Below, in pieces: positions 26,421-37,300 of a stretch of 64,000 bases of DNA; position 1 is the stretch's first letter, and every line of letters starts with the position of its first letter. The position numbers were made by a program, and so were the translations under genes. This DNA is from an uncultured Planctomycetia bacterium (lineage in GTDB: Bacteria; Omnitrophota; Gorgyraeia; Gorgyraeales; Gorgyraeaceae): contig CAYPYS010000001.1 of NCBI GenBank assembly GCA_964415355.1, forward strand, positions 215,399 through 279,398, written 5' to 3'. The notes under the pieces are model-generated. The model searched no databases. It saw only the letters and a list, made by a program, of their open reading frames with translations, and had not been told where the DNA came from.

Positions 26421-27751
26421 TACGTTTTCAGAAGCTCGCGTTCTTTTATGGCCTGAACCTCGGCTCCCAGTTCTTCCGGTGTCTTCTCGCCGATGATAAT
26501 AGACTGTATACCCTTGTCAAACCTCTCTATGACCACTGGAAATTCTGCCACGCCCCACACGTTTGGATGCGTAACAACATCCATATCGTCCGCAAACTGC
26601 GCCAGAATCTCTGGTATATCGCTTAAACTGTATCCATTGGAAGGTAAATTCCTCGTTTCTCTCGCCAGGAAAACCTGCTGCTCTGTATCGGTAAGCCATT
26701 CTAAAAACTCAACTGCCTTCTCGATATGAGACGAATTATTGTTGACTATAAAACTCGAACCAGCCCCGCCCCAGATCTTCATTGGAAATCTATCGCCTGC
26801 GGCCGGCGGTAACATTACCCCATAATTTAGATCAGGATTCATACCCTCGTACACATTCACGCACCACGATCCATTAAAAGCAAAGGCTGCGCGACCATTC
26901 GCGAAAAGCTGCTCCGCAGTCTTATTTACCATCGTAACAATCCCGCTCGCCAGAAGTTCCTCGTCGCGCATCTGGCGGAACAGATCAAACACCTTTATCC
27001 AATCAGGATCTGTATAAGGCACCCTCCCGCGGATCGTATCTAAAACCTTATTCTCACCCATAATATTAAAAGCATAATTAGACGCGATGCAATCAATTAT
27101 CCATTTCTCGCCCCAGCCGCTCACAAGCCCTTGGATACCATTTGCTTTTAAAAGCCTGTTAACTTCTAAAAAATCATCCCATGTCGCAGGAGGATTAGAA
27201 GCATCCCAACCAACCTGCGCTAATAAATCTTTATTGTAGAGCATCTGGATATTTGTAACATCGAGAGGCACACCGTAAATCCCGGGCACCACGCTAAAGG
27301 CATTGCCTTTGCCAAACTCATTCACAGCGAGCGCTTTTTCAAAAAACCTTTTCCTCCACTCGCCATCATTCGCATTTATCGCTTCTGTAAGATTATAGAT
27401 ATGGCCGGCTTTGATAAAACTCGCAAAATCTCTTTTTTCTCCGAGGATTCCAAATATATCGGGCAGGGTATTTGTCTGTGCAGCTGCTCTTACCTTTTGA
27501 GTGTAGGCATCAGAAGGCGCATAAAGTTCGAAATTTATCTTTACGCCTGTTTTGATTTTATATTTCTCAGCCAGCTCGAGTAAGACCTCTTCTTTGTCGC
27601 TCATCCAATGCCATACTGTAATGGTTTCGACGCCTTGGCCTTGTGAAGCGCAGCTAGCTAAAAAAATACTTAAGAAAACTACAAAGGAAGAGTATATAAA
27701 AAAAAGATAAATCTTCCTGTAGAGACAATTCATCTTTCCCCCGATTTCCAT
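26420..27751 (-). CDS. ABC transporter extracellular solute-binding protein (CUT1 family), lipoprotein
   Basis: 443 aa. Signal with lipobox ...SIFLASCASQG. Typical SBP_bac_1 features include ...TVWHWMSDKEEV... and ...GSWCVNVYEG.... Confidence 0.75.
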   Translation of the reverse strand: MEIGGKMNCLYRKIYLFFIYSSFVVFLSIFLASCASQGQGVETITVWHWMSDKEEVLLELAEKYKIKTGVKINFELYAPSDAYTQKVRAAAQTNTLPDIFGILGEKRDFASFIKAGHIYNLTEAINANDGEWRKRFFEKALAVNEFGKGNAFSVVPGIYGVPLDVTNIQMLYNKDLLAQVGWDASNPPATWDDFLEVNRLLKANGIQGLVSGWGEKWIIDCIASNYAFNIMGENKVLDTIRGRVPYTDPDWIKVFDLFRQMRDEELLASGIVTMVNKTAEQLFANGRAAFAFNGSWCVNVYEGMNPDLNYGVMLPPAAGDRFPMKIWGGAGSSFIVNNNSSHIEKAVEFLEWLTDTEQQVFLARETRNLPSNGYSLSDIPEILAQFADDMDVVTHPNVWGVAEFPVVIERFDKGIQSIIIGEKTPEELGAEVQAIKERELLKT

Positions 27752-27770
27752 ATTTTAAATCACGACTCGA

Positions 27771-28112
27771 TCAATTGGCTGCAAAAAGCCTTGACATGCC
27801 TTCGCCAAACTTAAGGCCAACGCCATCCTTCTCAACCCTTACAACCTCAGCCTCTCCTGTGAGTCGTGAAAAAGGAAAATCTCTTCTGTCGTCCTTAGGC
27901 ACTGATAAGTATATATTGAGCTTATCCTGGGGCTTGATATTCTTAATATCTATATTTATTACATATGCACCATGATAACTTAGGTTCAGAGTAAGCCCCT
28001 CTTGTGCCTCTCGCTTCTTATCGGCTGCGCCACGGTTAACGTTTACGGGAAGAGATAAATCTATCCTTTTAGACTGCCTCTTCTCCATAAAATCTCCAGC
28101 CCTCATCAACAC
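27771..28112 (-). CDS. PilZ domain protein (c-di-GMP binding)
   Basis: 113 aa. RQSKRIDLSLPVNV is an RxxxR-like motif. The ...TLNLSYHGAYV... beta-barrel and a downstream D.SxxG-like ...ISEGGV region follow. It is only 19 nt upstream of the SBP gene with no PIE between them. Confidence 0.6.
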   Translation of the reverse strand: MLMRAGDFMEKRQSKRIDLSLPVNVNRGAADKKREAQEGLTLNLSYHGAYVINIDIKNIKPQDKLNIYLSVPKDDRRDFPFSRLTGEAEVVRVEKDGVGLKFGEGMSRLFAAN

Positions 28113-28212
28113 CTCCTTTTTGAAAACGCTTTCTTGCTATGACTATACCACAACCCTTAAGATTTTAAAAGCTTTTTTTTATTTTTTTTCACCTTAACCT
28201 CACATTTTGTCG

Positions 28213-28264
28213 TTTCCCTCTCTTCGTAGGGGAGACTTAAGTCTCCCCTACGAAGAGAGGGAAA
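28213..28264. repeat. 52-bp perfect palindrome TTTCCCTCTCTTCGTAGGGGAGAC-TTAA-GTCTCCCCTACGAAGAGAGGGAAA (family D)
   Basis: Read directly. It is preceded by a T-run (TTTTTTTTATTTTTTTT at 28172-28190) and lies just 3' of the giant ORF. Confidence 0.85.
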
Positions 28265-28266
28265 GC

Positions 28267-28305
28267 TTAAGCATACACTTCAACATTGTTGAAGTGTATA
28301 CTTAA
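28267..28305. repeat. PIE copy 14, GCATAC/GTATAC variant (TTAAGCATACACTTCAACATTGTTGAAGTGTATACTTAA)
   Basis: Read directly. The giant-ORF stop TAA (28302-28304) lies in its right end. Confidence 0.9.
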
Positions 28306-31300
28306 GGGCACCAAGAAGCAGCTACAGGTGCTACCTCAGGATCTTCTGGGGGATTGATATTATTTCGCTCAGATTTAAAGAATTTAATAGTATGAATACC
28401 AGCGTATATTAAGAGAGCGATCAGAAAAATGATTAAAAGGGCAGTAATTGCTTCTGTGCCTGACGTTAGCGACGGTGAATGATTCTCGACATAACGGTGT
28501 AAGATTTGGTGAATATCAAAAAACGACATAAAGAACATGCTAAATCCGGATAGATAATCAAGCGTTTCTCTCTGCCCCAGAGAGCAAATTTCTAAAAACT
28601 CCTGTACATCATGAGTAGTATATTCATAACCATTATTCCCTACAGCATCTATTATCTCATCAATCCTAGGCTTTCTATCTAGCGCGAACTCTAATCTTTC
28701 AATCTCGTATTCAATTACAAGGCACAAATCAGCTGTATCAAACATTGGATCAAAAGCCCCATCTCTTTTACTATTTAACAAAACAAGCCTATCTCCATCT
28801 TTCGGAAACGGGCCATACTCCTGCCTTAGAGCTATAGCCTCGACAATAAAATAACGAATAGAAGACTTTAAATATGCCCTGAAAGAAGCTACTCGCACCT
28901 GATCTTTGAGTAAAAAGTAGAATAAATTAAAGTGACGACTTGCAAATATCAATTTATCCTCAGCCACTAAGCGTCTCATATCAGACCTAAATTTATGCAC
29001 GAATGGAAGATGAGCTTTGATCAATTCCTTGCTGACCTTACTTCTAATTGAACGACTTAGAGACAACAGTAAAATGCCAGATTCCATGCAATTTTTTTCT
29101 GTCCATTCTATATATGATCTGTCGCCTATCTGCTCCAAGAAAGATTCCAATCTTTCTTCATCTTCTGTAATCCTATCTGAAATATGCCTCTGTAGAGTTT
29201 TTGCTTCAGGTCTATCAAGAAAGATCTCACTCAATGCATAAAGAGAATTTTTATTAAGGCCTCTTAAAATAAGTCGCAATTTAATATGCAACTTGTCAGC
29301 TTCTGTGAGTAGCTGTGATAAATCTAATATTGGCAACGCGGCACTGCCGGCTAGCATATTTTGAAAACCAACCGTCACTTCTTCAGGATTTATTATAACC
29401 TTAGCAATCCAAGAATCAGATATCTCAAAATCAAAATCACTATTTTTAAATATTTCTACAGCTTTTGCATAATGTACAATTTCTTTTTCAGGACGACCGC
29501 TTCTTATGATTTTGGCAAGACAACTATCTTCTTCAATTCCCCTATTTCTTAACATGTTAATTAGCCTTAGAATCTCGACTTCGGAACGGCTGCTTTTTAT
29601 GATTTGAGCAATATGCACAGACCCTGTAACTCCTTTGTTTCCTTTTAGCTGTTCAATTAACCTTAAAATCTTATCTTCGGCACGACTAGAACCTATTATA
29701 TAAGCAATATGCGCACACTCTGCGATTTCTTTTGCCCGTAATGCGGTAATCAATCTTAAAATCTCATCCTCGGAACGCTTAGTGCTTATAATTTTAGCAA
29801 TATGCGCACCTTCTATAATACCTTTGTCTTCTAACTTGTCAATTAGGCTTAAGATCTCAGTTTCGGAACGCCTGCTTCTCATGATTTGAGCAATATGGGT
29901 AGTCTCTGTAATTCCATTCTCTTTTAGTACATTAATTACAGTCCAAATCTCATCTTCAGAACGACTACTACATATAATTAAAGCAACATGCGCACTCTCT
30001 GTAATCTCTTCTACTTTTAACTTGTCAATTAGGTTTAAGATTTTATCTCGAGAACGTTCGGTGTTTATAATTTTAGCAATATGCGTAAGTCCTGTGATTT
30101 CCTTTGCCCTCAGTGCAACAATTAGACTTAAAATATCATTTTCAGAACGACCACTTCTTATAATTTGAGCAATATGAGTACCTTCTATAATACCTTTGTC
30201 TTCTAGCTTGTCAATTAGTCTTGATATCTCATCTTTTGAACGCCTACTAGCTATGATCTGAGCAATATAAGCATTGTTTACAATTCCTTTTCTCCGAAGC
30301 ATCTCTATTACATCCAAAATCTTCTCTTCAGAACGACTGCTTCTCGCAATCATGGCAATATGCGCTCCTTTTGCAACCTTTCTTTCTTGCAATACATCAA
30401 CCAGGCTTAAAACATCCTCTTTAGAGCGCTTGTTACTTATTATTGTAAAAATTTGATAACTATTAAATAGGTAGCTATGATGTTGCGTTTCTCTTTTTCT
30501 CATAGTAATTAAAGCTTGCAAAGTGTCGAGCTTTATTTCAAGTCTTTGAAACCGTGAAATGCGCATAGCCCTCTCATTGTCAAACAGAAGCTTCCCGTCT
30601 CTTTTAATTCTACTAATAAATACCTGAATCTGAGGATTTATTTCGTTTCTTTCTTTCTCTGAATCAAACAGGAGTCTAATATTATTTATATTTTCCTCTA
30701 TCTGTGCTATCTCTCGAGACATCACAGATGAATGCGCCCTCTTAGGCGTCCCTGCAAAGGATGTCGTTGTCATGACAAAAAATACAAATCCATACACACC
30801 TGACATCACGAACATCTTAGAGATCGCTTCGTCTACTTGTAATAAATTGATAATAGCTCCTAAGCCTAAATATATAAGTACAGCAACTCCCAGGGCAATG
30901 AGAAGGTATCGTCGTTGGCGGGTTTCTTTGGCTGATTCCTTAGAAAGAAAGTCTAGTATCTCTTTAATATCTGCTTTGACTCCCTCAGGAACATTTGGTC
31001 CCGTATGCCAGCTTTTAACGATCATACCGGCTATCTCTCTATTTCTTTCTGCTTGTTCTCTGTTCTCTTCGGCGTGATTACGTAAAGATTCTGCTTGTCT
31101 GCGTCTCAGATCTGCCATTGAATAATCATTTTTCCTATCATATTCAAAAGCTTGTCTCTCTAATCTCTCAACTTCCTCATCTTGTTCTTTTGCCCTTTCC
31201 TCTAATTCTGCGGCCTTAGCTAAAAACTTTTCTACTTTTATAGAATTTCTCATGCGATACGCCGCACCTAACTCTCTTATTGCATCTTCAGTAGGCATTC

Positions 31301-34300
31301 TACGAGACAACCACCAGCTACGCAAACTAAAAACTATAAGCCAAACAAAAATTATAACTGCAACAATGGCAGAGACCATCTGCAATATCGAAAGCCACTG
31401 AATTATATCCGAAACTTCATAGCTGGAGAAATCTACAAACGGGGCAAAGGGTATAACTAGAGGAATATACTTAGTAATGTTTTCTCTTAAAGCCTCTATA
31501 ACATGTTCTTTATATCTCTCATAAGCATATTTAGGGGATATAGCTAAGTGCACCATTCTAACGCTGATGCCTTTTTTATCAAGAACACTAAAAATATGAT
31601 CAATTTCTCTTGCGATATTCTTAGAAGACGGTTTCTTCTTTTCTCTCTTTTTCCTCTTGTCCCTTCTTCCTTTAGGCCATTTTCTATTCGTAAAATAATC
31701 AAGGCAAAATGTTAACACTACTTGTCTTCTAATATTAGGCAACTCATTGACACTAGAGAAAATGCCTTCGAAATCCCTAAGGCCGAGCAAGCCATAATCC
31801 ATAATATCTAATCTGCTCCAAGACGGTCTAACCCACCAGATATTACAACCCTTGCGCCTAGCCCATACCACCCAGTTGGATTCATCTACCCTTGAAACCA
31901 AATTATGATCCGGATCATCTGAGTCATAATCAAATGCAATAACTGAATCACCGCCCCATAATAAATCCAATACTTTATCATGCGTATAAGTAACTTTTAA
32001 GTATTTCTCTTTTATTAAATAGCCACGTTTTCTTTTAAATATTATCCAATATAAAACAACTACAACAATAATCCAAAACACAATAGACCGAATATTTGAT
32101 AAACTCCCTCCACCAGAAGGCGAGCCAAACTGCAAGATCTCTGCGCTACTAAAACCCAAACCAAGCGTCGTTGCGCAAACATATGTAGCATCCTTTGTCT
32201 TGCGCCTCAGCCACTTTGCTACGTTGACTAAAGCTGCGCTTCCTATGATAATCGCCAAGGGGCTAAATTTTACCCGCCACATCAATCTACGACCAGCTCT
32301 TCTTTGCTCCTCTTCAAAATCCTCTATACCTAATTCCTCTTTATACCTCTCACCCTCTTGCTTCAGCTCTTCCATATGCTCTAATGCATTATATGCAGTC
32401 ACTGCATAGCCAAGATCTTCAGCATCGCAAAATCCCAGCTCTTCCATAACAATCCTCATGAAAACTCTCTTCATCGCATCCATCTTCAAATCCTCGTGCG
32501 TAATATCTCCTTTGATCCGAACTACCCGAATGCCTTCTAGAAATCCCCTGGCCTCTTCGTTTTCCGGAAGTCTTTCGAAAGCATCCGGATTTACCATGCC
32601 GTCTCCGAGCCCCCCGCTTCTCCCGCAGCCCAGGATACGCAAATCTTCAAAATCCAGAAACGGGAAGTCCTTATTTAACCAGTTGAATATCGCTGAATTA
32701 GATGAAGCTGCACATATAAGTGTGATATGAGGCAGGCCAGGATTATCTCTCTTTGCCTTATACATCCCCTCCTGCACCTCTTTTAAGAATTCGCTATCAT
32801 CGAGCGACTGCAGTAAGATTGTAAGATCTTCTTCAGGCGCCTCGCCTTCAAACCAGAACCATTTCTTTGATAGGCCCATAAGCCTCCAGAAAAGCGCCTG
32901 GCCCAAACCCTTCATCCATGTCGTGCCTAAAGTCGAAAGCCCATTTAAGGCAGGCGCGCCAAGCATAACCTCTGAAATCCTCTCGGCTATATGAGGATAC
33001 TGAGGCAGATCCTTGTACAGCGACCCTACGACAAGGCTCCCTATGCTTATGCCGAAAAGGACTATATCTCTATTTAACAAAAACGGGAAATCTAAAATCT
33101 CTTCTAAAAGTGGTATGATTTTTTCAATTTGGTTTTGTCCATACGTATACCTGCCTGCGTCAATATATCTATCCTTGTAGCAACCTATTGTTATGACTAT
33201 TGTTTCTTCCGCAAGTTCTCTCGCCCCTGAATGCGGATGCCATAAAACAAAATCTCCTTTTAGAGAAGGGTCCATGATTTCTTTTACCTTGACATTGCCC
33301 CAGGCAAAAAATTCAAGCGCACCATAGCCCGGGATATGTATGATGACTTTTTTATTACTATGCCCGCCGTTCATTTGTCCGACCGGGCCTCCTATGTGGA
33401 CCTCAAAAGAGCCGACATCCAACTGAATGATCTCTTGCCTAAACACCTTATCTCCCCTCACTCGCTCACCACTGCCTTCTATGCCATGAAACGGCATCTT
33501 CCATATCGCCAATTCTTCTTTAATAGAACTAAGGAGTTTTTTATTTCTTCTTTGGAGTTTCTTCTTTAGCTCCTCCAGCGCTTCTGCAGATTCTTTTGTG
33601 TATATATCTCCAAGGGCCTTTACAGCATCCATACGCTCTTCTGATCCCAGATCTCCCCGCAACACAATCTCTTTTAATTCATCTATGCGAGACGGCTCCC
33701 TGGCTTTGTGTGCTTTGTGCGTAAAAAAGTCTCTAAAGGTTTTCCAAATAACCAATAAAACCAATAGAGTTAAAAGATGTCTTGTCTCGCCGGGATTTTT
33801 TACGCGTAGACACGTGCAAGCTTCTTCTGCCTTTACATCATTACCAGCCTTGCCAAAACCATCGCCAAAATGACAAGCCTCCTCGACAAATCCATCTTCT
33901 CCGACCCTAACATCTAAATACTGCGCCAATAACCTGATCCCAATTGCTTTATTGCCAATATCTACGAATACGTCATGACTGCTACTAAAGGCAACAAAAG
34001 GCAAGGCGTGTTTTTTTCTTGCAGAATGTTTATTGACCCGTTCTGTAACTTCCAAAGCTATATATTCCAACAATGAACCAGCAACGCGTCCTTTCGGCAC
34101 CATGCCAACCGCCAGTTCTTTTCGAATTATTGTTGCCCCTACGCTTAATCTCTTTACGCTTTCTTCCAGCGCCTCTTGAGCAATATCCAATATCCTGCGA
34201 ACACTTCTTTTATCCCATCGCGTCTTGCCGCTCGGGTCCCATTCTTCTTTCGGAATCTCTTCTATGCGCCCTTCTCTATCTATCCTATACAAATAATTGC

Positions 34301-37300
34301 ACTGGCCTCCCATGATGTAAAACTTACCTATATCTTTTCTCTCAGGATAGTCAGGGAACACTTTCATCATCATGTCAATGATCCCCTGGAATTTTTGTCT
34401 ATATTTATGTGGCTCGTCAGGATGACTCAGCGCAGTCACAACAGCCACATTTATGCGAAACATCAATAGTATAACTATTAATGCCGCTAATAGGCCCTTT
34501 TTCAAAACACTGCCGCCCTGTTTATATAATGTGCCATCGCCGTCAAGAGTAACTAATTTTGGTCCTCTGGCAACAATTTTTCTCAATAGGAATTTCACTG
34601 TTGCCGCAAGAGGAGGCGAATGGAACATGCGGGCCAGGTATTTTAATATGCCGGATTTGTAGATAAGGTATGCGATTAGTAATAAAACAACGACTGTCAT
34701 TGCGAGAAGCAACAACGGCGAAGCAATCTCTAACTTTACATTCCAACGTTGTTGAAGTGTGAAGTTAAAGAGTAAAAACATAGGCATGGACATGGAGCTG
34801 CCTGGCCCATGAGTGTCTCTTTTTGTTCTCTCAGAAACCTTAAGCCTTTCGATAATATTTTTGCGTACCGAGTCAATGTCAAAACCACTCCCCGGGCCTT
34901 CTCCTATGAATCTTTCCACAAAATCGCCGCCCATCTCTTCAGTAGAAGGAGATTTCTTACCAAAACCCCCAGCCAACTCTGGCCCTATATGCGCCAATGC
35001 CTTCTTTTGATATGATGCAGCTTCTATCTTATCTGCATCTGGTACCAGACCTTTCATTGTCACATTATCTCTAGAATAGAAATAGAAATTGAATCCACCA
35101 GCCCATGGAGCGAGATAATATAAAACAATAATCTCCACATCCTTAAGACCCTCTGATTCACTTGACAAGTCTGTTAATACACTAAGTATCATGTCTGTAA
35201 CTACATTATGAGTGGGATGACCGTCTTCTCTATGCGGCATTATTACTACAAACTGCCCTTCTTCTCTAATAGCATCTTGATAGGCTTTTATAAATTCCTG
35301 AAACCTAATCTTCAATTTTCCAGCTGCTTCTATAAGTTCCTCACGGGATGGCATTACATCTGGGCTAGGTATATCAGGAATAATATTAAGATTCTCGACT
35401 ATTACAGCGCCTTCTCTCTCGCCAGATAAAACCACGCCGGCATTTCGCGCCTCCTCCCCTCTTATCTTTATTTTAAGGCTCTTTTCATCTACATGAGGCC
35501 TTGCCCTGTCTACATCATTCAAGATTATCCCTGCTTCGCCAGCGCTGAATACCATATTAATCATTATCACCTCATTCTCTGCGCCTGCTATAGCCATGCC
35601 ACCAGCTGCAATTTCCATGTCATCAGGGTGAGGCGAAGTAAAGATAAGCGGTATTCTTCTGGTTATTCTTATAGGGATAAATCCTTCGGGGGCCTTCTCT
35701 CCTTCAAATACAATAGCATGAGGCTGTTGTGAATCTGCGAGCACGCGTTCCCCATTTTTTATCCTGCCCACAACAAATGAATGAGCATATTCATAATCCA
35801 CTGCATCTCTTTCAGGAATCAATCCGTATCTTTTACCTAGCGTAGCAGCATGCTTCATGACCCAGTGAGTAATTTTTACATATTCGGTTCGGCGCGTCTG
35901 GCTTTTATGCTTACCGACAGCCTTTTTAACTCTATCTGCGATTTTTTTGCCAAAAGTGAAAACTAGGTTTACATATGAAGGATACTCAAAAGATTCATAA
36001 TAAAAGGTATATACATCCGGATAAACCTCGGCTCTATACTCTGTGACAAGCTCTCTGTTTTCTGGCGAATATGGCATCATAATAAAATCTGGCCTATAGT
36101 CGCCTAAAATATCTCCCAAGGCCTTTGCACTGTTTAATCTATACACCCTTATTTCGTTTCCATTAAGCCTTAATGCCTCAACAACATTACCGGCAAATAC
36201 CATATAATCATTTTCTACGACTTCAAACACTGCTACTTTCTTTCGTGCAGGCAATGGACATTTATTTATAGCCTCTGGTAAGTCAGGTTTATCGCTAAGA
36301 ATCACATTGCCGGATAGAGGAGACCAGTTTGACTCAGTATACCGAAGACAATTTAGATTTGCATTAATGTCATCTCTAAGACTCCTGACTTTCAAGACAA
36401 GAGATTCATCCTCTATGTTCCTCGCCATTGCCCCTAGAGTATCAAGTAGCGTTTTCTCTAAAGCAGGGAGCTCAGCAGGAATCCTCCCTGCATGGATAAA
36501 CGCAAAGAGTCTCTGAACACTTGAGGAGGGATAGGTTTTATTACGTTTCCGCAGGTCTTCTTCTAGAGACTGCCAGATTTGTTCGCAGTCCTGTTCCTTA
36601 AATACTCCTATAGCTTTTCCAGTCTCAAAAGTCAGCTGAACCGCTTCAAGGGCTTTGGGGTATAATGGACTCTCGGGATCAAGTACCATCCCTACCCAAA
36701 GTTCTTCAATCCTACGCAACAAACCATCTTCTTTAAAAAGATTGGCAAGCGGCACGACATTGACTGCCATAGTAACCATGGCCTTCACCCACTCATGCCA
36801 AATTGAATCAGCATTCTTGCCTGCATCCTCTGGAATGATTGCAGGATAATCTCTTTCTTCAAGGATTTCTTTAACGCGCCTTCGCTGAGCAATGTTATTA
36901 ATGCCCAGTCCTGCTGCTGCCAGAATAACCTTACCCTTCTTGCCTGGTATATAGACCATTGTCGGAACACCGTCTATTTCTCGCTCTTCTCTCCTGCCAG
37001 ATTGTCCTACAATTCCCCGAATCACGCATCCAGCAATGGATGTTTTGGTCTCATCAGACAATGTCTTTAACTGCTTTGAAGCACAGATTCTTTTAAATAA
37101 AGTATCAATAAACTCCTTATAATAAATCCCATTGCTCAAAAGAATAAACTTTGGTACCAATAGTTGAACGTCACCTTCGATCGCAAAATATCCCTGCCCT
37201 GCCATCACTTCTAAGAGCTCTACTAGTTCGTCCATGAAGCTCGTTAGTATCTTATCTGTATGCGGCGCAACAAAGACAACATCAGGGAGATGTCTGCTGC

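Noticed and set aside
837-28305. A CRISPR array formed by the regularly recurring ~37-bp palindromic repeats
   Set aside because: The intervals between repeats are 1-4 kb long protein-coding genes, not 25-50 bp spacers. The repeat copies are polymorphic and present in both centre orientations. No cas genes are present.
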